Assembly (NCBI GenBank): GCA_009602735.1
Contig: WELA01002119.1
Coordinates: forward strand, 66,196-130,195
Length of the DNA stretch: 64,000 bases
Reading direction: 5' to 3'
Source of the DNA: Mesotaenium endlicherianum
Taxonomy: Eukaryota
Below are positions 1-14,000 of the stretch, one piece after another. Position numbers and translations under genes: made by a program. The notes under the pieces were generated by a model. The model did no database searches. It saw nothing but the letters and a program-made list of their open reading frames with translations, and had not been told where the DNA came from. How positions within the stretch are numbered: the first letter of the stretch is position 1; every line of letters starts with the position of its first letter.

Positions 1-73
1 CCCCCTTCCGCAGCCCACCCCACCCCCACACACATACGGGCTCGCTTTCACACGCAAGCGCACGAACACAGAC

Positions 74-3000
74 CTGCATGCGCTCAACAATGTCGCGATC
101 AAACAGGGGCACGTCACGCAGCGGCTTGCCCTGCGCCGCGCTGCCAGGCCTGGGCTTGAGCCACGACGCCCACGTGGCGCCCAGCAGCGCGTGCAGCACC
201 GCCAGCAGCCGCTCGAAGAGGCTCTCGCCAGCCCACGCCGCTGCTGCTGCCGCCGCTCCCGCTGCCTCGTTGCGGCTGCTGGCCTCTGCCGACGGCGCAG
301 GAGAAGCAGCGCCTCCCTGGCTTGCGCCTTGGCACCCCTGCACACGAAACGGACCAGACGCCCCGGGGGGGGAGAATGCAGGGATGAGATTTCAGCAGAC
401 TCTATGTAGCGTAGGCACCTACTATACACGCAATGCACGGGCATGTACATAGACTGAAGCGAGGGGCGAACAGACTGCAATCAATAGTATCAGCAGGGCA
501 TGCAACATACCTCACAGTACTTGTATTTGTATTTGAATTTTTGTTAAATCTGTTTTTTGTCTTTGTTTTGTTTTTTAAATAGAGAAAAATACAGGGGATG
601 GAGGGGGTGGAGGGGTACGCCACAGGCCAGGAGGAGGAAGAGCGACAGATGAAGGCCCCAGCGGCAGAGCACACGCACCCGCTTCCAAAACCTGCAACAC
701 ACATCAACAAAACATTCCCTGGTGATGCTCACGCGCATGCTGCAGGACTCACCGGGCAGTGGGAGGCGAGGACAGGTGGCGGCAGGTGCAGGGCCGGCTT
801 GACGGGCTCCTGAACAATGTGCGAGGTCAGCAAGCGCAGCAGTACAGGCGCCAGCGTGTGCCTCATGTTGCGCGCACTTTGGTCCCTGCACAGCCGACGC
901 ACACACGGAGGAAAACACTAACACATTCAACACTAGCATCGTAACACAGAGACTTCCAACAGTACACGAGGAGAAGAAGGGGGCCATACATGGTGGGCAA
1001 GTGGCAGGGCAGACACGAGGGAAGAGAAGGAGTCACCTGTCAGAGTGAATGATGGGCAGCAGGGGCAGTAGAAACTGGAGCCTCAGCCAGATGGATGTCT
1101 GCAGAGCAGCTGCACTGGAAGCCGGCATACTCTCGGCGGGGCCGGCAGCCGTCCGCCGGCCGCTGAGGGCCAAGCTGTTGACACCTGTCCCCTCCCCAGA
1201 GAGCCCCAGGCCCTTCTTGCGAGCAGTAAGGGCCATGCCCCTGGCAGCGCCGCCGACAATCTCGCCGCCTGCGGCCCCTCCCGCCCCGCCGCCACTGCCC
1301 GGCGTGTGGGCGGCGGAGGCAAAGCCTCCTGGCCGCGAGAGCGCGGAGACGTGCTGCTCGATGTTGGACAGCTGGCGCACGAGCTCGTACGCAAAGGAGC
1401 TGCGCGTCTCGTCGGAGCAGCGCGCCAGGCACGGCAGCACCAGCTCTGCCAGCGCCCGCTCCACCGCAAATGCAGGCGGCCGCGGCGGCGCCGGCGCCGG
1501 CGAGGAGGGCAGGGAGGGACCTTGGTGGGTCTGGGTCTCTGCGTGCTCCCCACCACCGCCGTCGCTGCCGCCGCCGCCTACGCCGCACCAGACTTGGCGC
1601 AGCAGTGGAGGCCTGACCGCAGCTGCAGCCGCAGCCGCAACCCCCGCCCCTGCCCCCGCTCTTGTTCCTGCCTCTGCTTCTGCCCGGATGCCGAAGCGCG
1701 ATGCTTCTCCGCCTGCGGGCGTCCCAAGCTGCGGATGTGCCATCGTCGTCGCTCGCGCTGCCGTCTTGCCTGCCTGCTGCTCCATCTCCATAAGGTCTGC
1801 CGTAGCCTCCTCCTCCTCCTCCTCCAGTACCACTTCCCCCTCCTCCTGGTCCTCAGCCTCCTTCAGCCTGCAGTCCGCCTTCTCCACCTCCTGCTCCAGT
1901 TTGCCCAGCAGCTTGAGCTCACGCACGCCCTCGTCATCCTCGTCATCCTCCTCCTCCTCCTGCCCCACACCAGCCTCTCCCCACAGGAGCACGGCGTAGG
2001 CCGGGCGAGCCGCGCGCCAGCTGGACAGCTGTGCAGGCGCGGAGGGGGGCGTGAGGGTGAAGTTGTAGGAGAGGGCGTAGTTCTTGAGGTGCTGCCGCAG
2101 AGAGCGCTGGCCCAGCAGCAGCGGGGTGCCCTCCAGCACCCACTTGACCTGCAGGATGAGCGACTCCTCCAGAGCGCGCCCCAGGCAGTGCACCGCCTCG
2201 CTGTACAGGGAGGCTGCCAGGTGGCGCACCATGAGGCGCGTGAGCACGGCGGACGTGAAGTTCTTCTCGCACTCCCACAGCTGGCGGCCCTCTGCCGGCG
2301 ACAGCGAGGCGGCCACAGCCTGCACCAACGTGGCCCCGCTCTGCAGCCTCTCCTGTATGATCTGCGCACCAAGAGGAGCAGGGCAGCCGCAACCGACGTG
2401 AGGCGAGTGGATAGGAGTCACCCTCACAGGGCCCAGTTGCCTCTCTCAGGGACACACACACACACACACACACACAGAGACAGATGCATATGCTCACACG
2501 TGCGTATGCCTGCGCACACACACACACACACAAAAACAAGCACGTAGAGAGATTGCGCATATACCTGCTCGTTGAGCACGAGACGCATGTAGAGCCACTG
2601 CCAGTGGAAGGTGGCCGGCTGCAGCGTGTCCAGCACGTGCACCAGCTGCTCCATGTGACCCGCGCTGGACGACGCATCCGCTCCTGCTCCTGCTGCTGCG
2701 GCTGCGTGCGGCTGGCCCCCCCCTCCCCCTTTCTGGAGGAACGCCCGGGGGGGCGGCAGCCTGCCCTTGAGGTGCCCCTCCAAGAAGAGGCGCGCAGCAG
2801 AGGGCACCGCTGCCTGGGCCTGGGCCTGCCCCTTCCCTTCCGCAGCAGCAGCAGCAGCAGGAGGAGGAGGAGCCGGGGGCGGGTGGGGAGGAGCCGCTGT
2901 AGCGGTGCTGCGGAGGCGTGGGGGGACCTCACTCTTGCAGGCGGCCGCCGCCGCTGCCGTGAGGAGCGTGTAGAGCAGCTTGGAGTCGGCAAGCAGGAGG

Positions 3001-6000
3001 TCCCGCACGGGGGCGTGCCGCACGGCGCGTCGCGCGGTGCCCGTCACGCCCGCCCTCAGGGCCCGCCACGTGGCAGCAGGAGGACCCGGAAGCGCACCAG
3101 CCTCGGCCCCAGTACCAGCACCAGCACCGCCGTCACCAGCAGAAGCTGAAGCAAGAGCAGGCTCCTCCGCGCGCGTGAGCTGCCCCTGACCCTGCCCCTG
3201 CCCCTGCGCCTGCGCGTGAGCCCGTGCCTCGGCGTCTCTGAGGGACAGGGGGTGCCCTCTGGGGGCCACAAACAGCAGCGAGCAGCAGAAGAGAGAGTAG
3301 GCGGGGGTGAACACGGCCTCCAAAGAGCAGCAGGGCGTGAGCCTCGCCAGGGCCAGGAGATCTGCTGGCCCCACGAGATCTGCGACAACGCCCCTGCCGA
3401 GCCCGGAGCACTCCCCGAGCAACACCTGGTGCCAGAAGAGGTGGGCCTCCCAGCCGTCCTCAGGCATTCCGAAGCTTGGCGCCGGACCTACCGCTGCACC
3501 ACCTGATTCGGAGCCTGTCCCCAGACATGCACCCGCATCCGCACCTGCCTCGCCTGATGCCTGTGCGGCAAAGCCTTGCAGGTAAGTGTGCAGCCTGGCC
3601 ATTCCCTCTCTGAGCTTCAGATGCTTGACAGCTGTCTCAAGGTCAACCACGCCGCTCACCACTGCCCTGACAAGCACAGCTGCCGCGGCTGCCGCCGGTG
3701 CCTCCACCTGTCGGTCCGAGCTGGTCCCCGGCTCTGGCTGCGAGCAGCTGTCGCCGCCAGCTGTCTCAACGACGTGCGCCGGAGCCGACTCGGGAGTCTC
3801 TGGGGACATGCGGAAGGGCGCACGTGGCGGCCTCCTGTTGGCCGGCGACGGCGCCGCACACAGGGAGCCCCGCACGAGCTCGGCCGCTGCCTCCACGACT
3901 GCCACCTGGAGCACCCGCGCCTGCGGCTCCGCCAGTGACTCCTTGAGCAGCTGCAGGCAGTGCACGTGCAGCAGCACGAGGCTCCTCGCGCGCGCCACAC
4001 TCCTGCGGTGCTCATCGTCATCTCCCACTTCTTCCTTGCCCCCCAGCCTCTCCCCCTCCCCCTCAGCAGCCTCCCCAGGCCTTGTGTCCCCTACTCCTAC
4101 TCCTACTCCTACTCCTGCTCCTGCTCCTGCTCCTACATCTATCCCTCCCCCCACGCCAACACCTGCTTCTCTGTCCTCGTCCCTCCCCCTCTCAAGCGCT
4201 GCGGCCCCGTTGCCCCTGCAGCCGGAGCCGTCCTCAGCTTCTTCTACTTTACAAGCGCGTACTTGGCTTGCACCCAAGCGTCCTCCGCCTCCTCCCTCTT
4301 CCCCATCCCGGCACGCTACGCCGCGCGCGTGGGTGTTTCTCCTACTTCGGAGCCCTAATCCCCCTCCTTCCTCGCGCAGCCTGACAGCTGCTAGGTTCTT
4401 TGCTGTTGACGCCACAGCTGCTCCAACCAAGGCAGAGGCAGCAGCAGCAGCAGCGGCTACAGACACAGTGCCACCGTCGCTTTTTCTGTTGCTGCCAGGA
4501 CCCCCAGCGTTGCCACCTGGCACTGAGGCCTCGCAGGCTGCCAGCAGAGCAGCAGCTGACTCCTGACAACTATGGTACATGTCGTGCCACCTGTCTGCTG
4601 CGCTGGCAGCGGCGACCTCTGCATTGCCACACCTGTTGCCCTCTCGCAAGGTCACAGCATCCCCAGCCAGGGGCGGGCCCTGCTCCACGCCCTGACGAAG
4701 AAGAGAGCCCCCCCCAGCATCCTCCTTCATAAGCCGCTCCAATGAAACCCCTGGCACCTGCCCTGCTGCCCGGCTGGCAGCCAGGCTGGCACTCCGGCTG
4801 GCGATCCAGCTGGCAGCGGGCGGCGCAACCAGCAGGGCACTGACAGTTCCGCCCATGCACCTTTGCACAACATCGCGCATGGCTCTGCCAACATCCCCAA
4901 AGCTTCCATTGGCCCTGCTCTGGCCAGCCAGGCCCTGGCCTTCGCCAGGTGGCACCTCCCCCCTCTGCGTCCCTACATATGCATTTCCCTTGAAGCCAAG
5001 CGCTGCATCTGCTCCCAGCCCTGCAGCCGCCCCCCCTCCCAGGCCTCCAAATAGGGCCTCCACCTCCCCCGCCTTGACGCTGTCCAGCTCAGCAACCAGC
5101 CGCCTGTCGCCAGCAGAGCCCGCCGCCCGCAGGTCCTGCTCCCACTTCTGGACACTTGGCAGCAATCTGTGGCGCGCCAGAAGGTGCTTTGCATACCGGA
5201 GATGGACGGAGCTGGCACTGGAGTGACTCCCCGGGCTAGGCTTCCTGGCAAAAGCCCCGTCAGCGGCAGCCGCCGTAGCTGCAGCGGCCATGGCTGCCGA
5301 GAGCGCCTGTGGCACAAGGTCCATTGCGAGCATCTCGCCCTCGTACCTGCAGCAGCAGTGAGGTTCAGGATCTACGGCTTAGCCTTCCAGGTTTGGGTTT
5401 TTGAGAGCTCGGCACCATTCGGAGATCCGGCCACACTCCGCCGTGGTGTTACCTAAGAAAGCAAGAAGCTTTCGTAAGCTTCCGGCATGCGAGCCAGGCA
5501 GGAACAAGCACCTCGCAAAACAGATTGGCACTTCGCAAGTGTCAACAAGCTGCCTCCATTCACATCCTGAGTGCGTTTCCATCCATGAGCAGCTCTTCTC
5601 CAAGGAGACTCCAACTCCCACGCGCAGAGAGCAGACGCCATGCTAATTTGTCTTCAGCCCACCCACGCCACTTGGCAGCTTCCAGCAGTAGAGGATGCAC
5701 ACAAAACGGGGCGGGGGAGGGGGAGGGAGGGGGCAGGTCGTGTGTGCGTGCGTGTGGGCTCTGCGAACCTGCGAAGATGCGTCAGCACAGCGCGCGCGCC
5801 CGCGCCGCAGCAGTGGCCCGCGGCACAGTCAGGGAGGCGGGGGGGGGCAGACGACAAGGGGGGGGGCGCATGCGCTCTGCCGGAGACGGAAAGCAGCCAC
5901 AGGAGGAGCTCCACCAGAGCGCGATGATCGCGCGCCTGGTCCAGCGCAAACACCACCAGCGCCAGCTGGTCCGCCCTCAGCACCCACGCCCTCTTTCCTG

Positions 6001-8020
6001 AGGAGCCCCCCCCGCCACCGTCGCCGCCGCCAAAGAATGGAACCTCCCTAGGGTCCCCCTTTCCTGGCACATGCGGGCCAGAACAGCTCCCAGCAGCAGC
6101 GGAAACAGCAGCACCTGCAGAAGGCTCCAGCCTCAGCTCCGAGACCGGCGGCCCACTCTCCGCCCTTGCCCCAGCCCCCGCCCGCGCCATCCCCCCGGTC
6201 CCTGCATCTCCCTCCAGCCGCCCGGCTCCGGCGCCCGCTCTGTCTGGGTCGCCGAGCTTGCTGGCTCCGCCGCCGCCGCCACCGCCGCCCGGCTTGCCGC
6301 CCACCTGGGGCGACCTGGCAGCCCTGCTTCGGGTCTTGGTGGCAACGGGGGTCCTCGTGGCAGCGGGGCCTGGGGCTGGCCCACGAGCTGATGCTGGGGC
6401 GCTGCTGCCAGAGCCAGCACCAGCGCCACTGCCAGGAGTGCCAGCTCCCTCGGAGGCGCCGACGGCGCCAGGGGGCCCGAGCGCGTTGCCAGCTGGCGGC
6501 AGGCCGCCGCGGGCCACTTCAGCAGCGATGCCGGCCGGCAGGCTGCCCGCCGGCGCCAGGCCGTCCGCCACGAGCTTGCGCACCGTCGCGTCGAGCCACC
6601 TGGCGAGCTCCTGCTGCTCCTGGAAGCGCAAAGTTGACATGGCTGCCGCAACGTCGTCCGCTGCGTCGCATGCCCAGTCCAAAAGGTCTCCCGAGCTATG
6701 CGGCCGCAAACCAATCACGGGAGGCGGCTGGGTTTGCGTGGAGCTCGAAGCAGCTCTTGCCCCGCACGTGCATGCCTGACTTCCAGGTGTCGGCTCCTTA
6801 GCTTTGCCCCCTTTCCCTTCCCCGCCGGCCATCCCTCTCGTGCAATCAACCTCCCCTTCCACAGCACCTCCAGAAGCAGGCCCACTTCCGGCTGCAGCAG
6901 CACCCTTGCCGTCGCCCGTGCCGACACTCCGCCGCTTACTCCTGAGCCACCACATGTCATCCTCGTCCTCGGCCTCCTCCACCTTCATGCCCCCAGCCCC
7001 GCGAGCCTGTGCTGCTGCAGTCGCTGCGCTGGTGCCACCTGGCAGCCTTTGCGAGACATCAGGCAGTCCCTCCTGCTGCTTGCGGTGACAGAGTTCGCAG
7101 CTCTGGTGCATGCCCTCCAGACGACACGACAGTCCTCCAGCAGCCGCCGGGGCGGGGTGGGCAGACAAGGAGGGCGAGGCGAGCTCAGGCTCAGGCTCAG
7201 GCACGTGCAGGGCTGCCCTCAGGGAGCCCTGCAGCCGCTCCAGGCCCTCTGCGTGCCTCCCTGTCCTCCTTCTCTTTCCCGCCCGCAGCGGCGCCCGCCC
7301 ACCGTCGGCCCCCTCCATGGTGCAGTCCTCGCCCGACGGACCGCGCAGTTCTACAGGCCCCTCCGGCACTCTCGAGCCTGCTTCTCTGTGCAGTGACGCG
7401 TTCACACCGTCGCCGATCCTGTGCATCCCGTCCACACTGTGTGTGGCCGGAAGTGGCTCAGAGCTGGGTCCCGCTGGCTGTGCCACGCCAGTCGCAGGCA
7501 CCACGCCAACCATAGGCTCGTGCCCGAGGTCCCCCTCGAGCTCTGCACTTGGTCTGCCATCTGTCACCGGGGCTGCTTGGGAGGTCGCAAGCGTGCGTCC
7601 TCCGGGTGAGGCCCCGCCGCTGAGGCCAACGGGCGGCAGCTCTAGGGATGCGCCACCTGGCAGCGGCACACGAGCTTGCGACTCGGTGCTCGTCTTGCGG
7701 CGCTTGCAAGGAGGCCCGTAGAGCGCCAGCCTGCGCTCATTTTCGTATTGCCACGTCGTTGCACCCCCGCCAAGGCTTTGGCGTGCAGCAGCCTTGGCCC
7801 CGCTGCCAAGCGAGGGGGCGCTGGCTGTGAGGCTCTTGGCGGCGGTGCTCCGTGAGATGAGCAGAACAGGCGACAGGTGGCGCAAGTAGGTGCGGTGCTT
7901 GACGGCCCTTGCGTGCAGAGCCGGAGTCTGGTGCGACTGCAGGATGCCTTCGGCAATGAGCTGGCGCACGTACCGGTGGGGATCAAACAGCCCCCCCCTC
8001 ACGAGCTCCGCAAGGAAGAC
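74..8020 (-). CDS. MED12: MED12 3' exons (downstream copy of the duplicated block); the gene continues beyond position 1
   Basis: Exons 8020-5769, 5346-2565, 2361-1037, 885-753 (DQSARNMRHTLAPVLLRLL) and 337-74 (ESLFERLLAVLHALLGATWASWLKPR..LFDRDIVERMQ, GT donor at 73-72). Same sequence as the exons 8,391 bp to the right. No stop codon is reached inside the window. Confidence 0.9.
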
Positions 8021-11000
8021 CTGGCGTGCCACATGGCGAGGCGTGAGTGAGAGCGCGAGACGAGCACCGCTCTACGACAAAAGAAGAGTGACCTCAAATT
8101 TGTGGAGGGTCCCCCGAGGATACCATTCTTATCGCATGAACAGCTGGCATCTGCCGGGCGGCGTACACAGGCAGAGCACAGGGACCAAAGCCGGACCGGG
8201 CATGCGGCATACATCACGCCTGGTCTGCACGCGCGCGCCATAAAGAGAAAGACAGGCAACCTACAAATATACTGACCTATCGCCATCACAAGCGCACGCA
8301 TATGAGTACGACACGAGAAAGTTCAGCTCAGCCGCTGGCACGTGCGGAACTGGGCACCTCATGCAGACAGCGGTGGGTGGGGAGATAGATACACAGGATA
8401 TGGAATTGAGGTGTACACATAATGTACGGGGCCGGGGGGAAGGAAAAGAGGGGGGAGAGAGCTGGCTATGNCGCTCAACAATGTCGCGATCAAACAGGGG
8501 CACGTCACGCAGCGGCTTGCCCTGCGCCGCGCTGCCAGGCCTGGGCTTGAGCCACGACGCCCACGTGGCGCCCAGCAGCGCGTGCAGCACCGCCAGCAGC
8601 CGCTCGAAGAGGCTCTCGCCAGCCCACGCCGCTGCTGCTGCCGCCGCTCCCGCTGCCTCGTTGCGGCTGCTGGCCTCTGCCGACGGCGCAGGAGAAGCAG
8701 CGCCTCCCTGGCTTGCGCCTTGGCACCCCTGCACACGAAACGGACCAGACGCCCCGGGGGGGGAGAATGCAGGGATGAGATTTCAGCAGACTCTATGTAG
8801 CGTAGGCACCTACTATACACGCAATGCACGGGCATGTACATAGACTGAAGCGAGGGGCGAACAGACTGCAATCAATAGTATCAGCAGGGCATGCAACATA
8901 CCTCACAGTACTTGTATTTGTATTTGAATTTTTGTTAAATCTGTTTTTTGTCTTTGTTTTGTTTTTTAAATAGAGAAAAATACAGGGGATGGAGGGGGTG
9001 GAGGGGTACGCCACAGGCCAGGAGGAGGAAGAGCGACAGATGAAGGCCCCAGCGGCAGAGCACACGCACCCGCTTCCAAAACCTGCAACACACATCAACA
9101 AAACATTCCCTGGTGATGCTCACGCGCATGCTGCAGGACTCACCGGGCAGTGGGAGGCGAGGACAGGTGGCGGCAGGTGCAGGGCCGGCTTGACGGGCTC
9201 CTGAACAATGTGCGAGGTCAGCAAGCGCAGCAGTACAGGCGCCAGCGTGTGCCTCATGTTGCGCGCACTTTGGTCCCTGCACAGCCGACGCACACACGGA
9301 GGAAAACACTAACACATTCAACACTAGCATCGTAACACAGAGACTTCCAACAGTACACGAGGAGAAGAAGGGGGCCATACATGGTGGGCAAGTGGCAGGG
9401 CAGACACGAGGGAAGAGAAGGAGTCACCTGTCAGAGTGAATGATGGGCAGCAGGGGCAGTAGAAACTGGAGCCTCAGCCAGATGGATGTCTGCAGAGCAG
9501 CTGCACTGGAAGCCGGCATACTCTCGGCGGGGCCGGCAGCCGTCCGCCGGCCGCTGAGGGCCAAGCTGTTGACACCTGTCCCCTCCCCAGAGAGCCCCAG
9601 GCCCTTCTTGCGAGCAGTAAGGGCCATGCCCCTGGCAGCGCCGCCGACAATCTCGCCGCCTGCGGCCCCTCCCGCCCCGCCGCCACTGCCCGGCGTGTGG
9701 GCGGCGGAGGCAAAGCCTCCTGGCCGCGAGAGCGCGGAGACGTGCTGCTCGATGTTGGACAGCTGGCGCACGAGCTCGTACGCAAAGGAGCTGCGCGTCT
9801 CGTCGGAGCAGCGCGCCAGGCACGGCAGCACCAGCTCTGCCAGCGCCCGCTCCACCGCAAATGCAGGCGGCCGCGGCGGCGCCGGCGCCGGCGAGGAGGG
9901 CAGGGAGGGACCTTGGTGGGTCTGGGTCTCTGCGTGCTCCCCACCACCGCCGTCGCTGCCGCCGCCGCCTACGCCGCACCAGACTTGGCGCAGCAGTGGA
10001 GGCCTGACCGCAGCTGCAGCCGCAGCCGCAACCCCCGCCCCTGCCCCCGCTCTTGTTCCTGCCTCTGCTTCTGCCCGGATGCCGAAGCGCGATGCTTCTC
10101 CGCCTGCGGGCGTCCCAAGCTGCGGATGTGCCATCGTCGTCGCTCGCGCTGCCGTCTTGCCTGCCTGCTGCTCCATCTCCATAAGGTCTGCCGTAGCCTC
10201 CTCCTCCTCCTCCTCCAGTACCACTTCCCCCTCCTCCTGGTCCTCAGCCTCCTTCAGCCTGCAGTCCGCCTTCTCCACCTCCTGCTCCAGTTTGCCCAGC
10301 AGCTTGAGCTCACGCACGCCCTCGTCATCCTCGTCATCCTCCTCCTCCTCCTGCCCCACACCAGCCTCTCCCCACAGGAGCACGGCGTAGGCCGGGCGAG
10401 CCGCGCGCCAGCTGGACAGCTGTGCAGGCGCGGAGGGGGGCGTGAGGGTGAAGTTGTAGGAGAGGGCGTAGTTCTTGAGGTGCTGCCGCAGAGAGCGCTG
10501 GCCCAGCAGCAGCGGGGTGCCCTCCAGCACCCACTTGACCTGCAGGATGAGCGACTCCTCCAGAGCGCGCCCCAGGCAGTGCACCGCCTCGCTGTACAGG
10601 GAGGCTGCCAGGTGGCGCACCATGAGGCGCGTGAGCACGGCGGACGTGAAGTTCTTCTCGCACTCCCACAGCTGGCGGCCCTCTGCCGGCGACAGCGAGG
10701 CGGCCACAGCCTGCACCAACGTGGCCCCGCTCTGCAGCCTCTCCTGTATGATCTGCGCACCAAGAGGAGCAGGGCAGCCGCAACCGACGTGAGGCGAGTG
10801 GATAGGAGTCACCCTCACAGGGCCCAGTTGCCTCTCTCAGGGACACACACACACACACACACACACAGAGACAGATGCATATGCTCACACGTGCGTATGC
10901 CTGCGCACACACACACACACACAAAAACAAGCACGTAGAGAGATTGCGCATATACCTGCTCGTTGAGCACGAGACGCATGTAGAGCCACTGCCAGTGGAA

Positions 11001-14000
11001 GGTGGCCGGCTGCAGCGTGTCCAGCACGTGCACCAGCTGCTCCATGTGACCCGCGCTGGACGACGCATCCGCTCCTGCTCCTGCTGCTGCGGCTGCGTGC
11101 GGCTGGCCCCCCCCTCCCCCTTTCTGGAGGAACGCCCGGGGGGGCGGCAGCCTGCCCTTGAGGTGCCCCTCCAAGAAGAGGCGCGCAGCAGAGGGCACCG
11201 CTGCCTGGGCCTGGGCCTGCCCCTTCCCTTCCGCAGCAGCAGCAGCAGCAGGAGGAGGAGGAGCCGGGGGCGGGTGGGGAGGAGCCGCTGTAGCGGTGCT
11301 GCGGAGGCGTGGGGGGACCTCACTCTTGCAGGCGGCCGCCGCCGCTGCCGTGAGGAGCGTGTAGAGCAGCTTGGAGTCGGCAAGCAGGAGGTCCCGCACG
11401 GGGGCGTGCCGCACGGCGCGTCGCGCGGTGCCCGTCACGCCCGCCCTCAGGGCCCGCCACGTGGCAGCAGGAGGACCCGGAAGCGCACCAGCCTCGGCCC
11501 CAGTACCAGCACCAGCACCGCCGTCACCAGCAGAAGCTGAAGCAAGAGCAGGCTCCTCCGCGCGCGTGAGCTGCCCCTGACCCTGCCCCTGCCCCTGCGC
11601 CTGCGCGTGAGCCCGTGCCTCGGCGTCTCTGAGGGACAGGGGGTGCCCTCTGGGGGCCACAAACAGCAGCGAGCAGCAGAAGAGAGAGTAGGCGGGGGTG
11701 AACACGGCCTCCAAAGAGCAGCAGGGCGTGAGCCTCGCCAGGGCCAGGAGATCTGCTGGCCCCACGAGATCTGCGACAACGCCCCTGCCGAGCCCGGAGC
11801 ACTCCCCGAGCAACACCTGGTGCCAGAAGAGGTGGGCCTCCCAGCCGTCCTCAGGCATTCCGAAGCTTGGCGCCGGACCTACCGCTGCACCACCTGATTC
11901 GGAGCCTGTCCCCAGACATGCACCCGCATCCGCACCTGCCTCGCCTGATGCCTGTGCGGCAAAGCCTTGCAGGTAAGTGTGCAGCCTGGCCATTCCCTCT
12001 CTGAGCTTCAGATGCTTGACAGCTGTCTCAAGGTCAACCACGCCGCTCACCACTGCCCTGACAAGCACAGCTGCCGCGGCTGCCGCCGGTGCCTCCACCT
12101 GTCGGTCCGAGCTGGTCCCCGGCTCTGGCTGCGAGCAGCTGTCGCCGCCAGCTGTCTCAACGACGTGCGCCGGAGCCGACTCGGGAGTCTCTGGGGACAT
12201 GCGGAAGGGCGCACGTGGCGGCCTCCTGTTGGCCGGCGACGGCGCCGCACACAGGGAGCCCCGCACGAGCTCGGCCGCTGCCTCCACGACTGCCACCTGG
12301 AGCACCCGCGCCTGCGGCTCCGCCAGTGACTCCTTGAGCAGCTGCAGGCAGTGCACGTGCAGCAGCACGAGGCTCCTCGCGCGCGCCACACTCCTGCGGT
12401 GCTCATCGTCATCTCCCACTTCTTCCTTGCCCCCCAGCCTCTCCCCCTCCCCCTCAGCAGCCTCCCCAGGCCTTGTGTCCCCTACTCCTACTCCTACTCC
12501 TACTCCTGCTCCTGCTCCTGCTCCTACATCTATCCCTCCCCCCACGCCAACACCTGCTTCTCTGTCCTCGTCCCTCCCCCTCTCAAGCGCTGCGGCCCCG
12601 TTGCCCCTGCAGCCGGAGCCGTCCTCAGCTTCTTCTACTTTACAAGCGCGTACTTGGCTTGCACCCAAGCGTCCTCCGCCTCCTCCCTCTTCCCCATCCC
12701 GGCACGCTACGCCGCGCGCGTGGGTGTTTCTCCTACTTCGGAGCCCTAATCCCCCTCCTTCCTCGCGCAGCCTGACAGCTGCTAGGTTCTTTGCTGTTGA
12801 CGCCACAGCTGCTCCAACCAAGGCAGAGGCAGCAGCAGCAGCAGCGGCTACAGACACAGTGCCACCGTCGCTTTTTCTGTTGCTGCCAGGACCCCCAGCG
12901 TTGCCACCTGGCACTGAGGCCTCGCAGGCTGCCAGCAGAGCAGCAGCTGACTCCTGACAACTATGGTACATGTCGTGCCACCTGTCTGCTGCGCTGGCAG
13001 CGGCGACCTCTGCATTGCCACACCTGTTGCCCTCTCGCAAGGTCACAGCATCCCCAGCCAGGGGCGGGCCCTGCTCCACGCCCTGACGAAGAAGAGAGCC
13101 CCCCCCAGCATCCTCCTTCATAAGCCGCTCCAATGAAACCCCTGGCACCTGCCCTGCTGCCCGGCTGGCAGCCAGGCTGGCACTCCGGCTGGCGATCCAG
13201 CTGGCAGCGGGCGGCGCAACCAGCAGGGCACTGACAGTTCCGCCCATGCACCTTTGCACAACATCGCGCATGGCTCTGCCAACATCCCCAAAGCTTCCAT
13301 TGGCCCTGCTCTGGCCAGCCAGGCCCTGGCCTTCGCCAGGTGGCACCTCCCCCCTCTGCGTCCCTACATATGCATTTCCCTTGAAGCCAAGCGCTGCATC
13401 TGCTCCCAGCCCTGCAGCCGCCCCCCCTCCCAGGCCTCCAAATAGGGCCTCCACCTCCCCCGCCTTGACGCTGTCCAGCTCAGCAACCAGCCGCCTGTCG
13501 CCAGCAGAGCCCGCCGCCCGCAGGTCCTGCTCCCACTTCTGGACACTTGGCAGCAATCTGTGGCGCGCCAGAAGGTGCTTTGCATACCGGAGATGGACGG
13601 AGCTGGCACTGGAGTGACTCCCCGGGCTAGGCTTCCTGGCAAAAGCCCCGTCAGCGGCAGCCGCCGTAGCTGCAGCGGCCATGGCTGCCGAGAGCGCCTG
13701 TGGCACAAGGTCCATTGCGAGCATCTCGCCCTCGTACCTGCAGCAGCAGTGAGGTTCAGGATCTACGGCTTAGCCTTCCAGGTTTGGGTTTTTGAGAGCT
13801 CGGCACCATTCGGAGATCCGGCCACACTCCGCCGTGGTGTTACCTAAGAAAGCAAGAAGCTTTCGTAAGCTTCCGGCATGCGAGCCAGGCAGGAACAAGC
13901 ACCTCGCAAAACAGATTGGCACTTCGCAAGTGTCAACAAGCTGCCTCCATTCACATCCTGAGTGCGTTTCCATCCATGAGCAGCTCTTCTCCAAGGAGAC

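Noticed and set aside
74..8470. A second, independent MED12 gene
   Set aside because: It has no 5' exons, matches the upstream block exactly and joins it at a single N; best treated as one gene plus an artefact.
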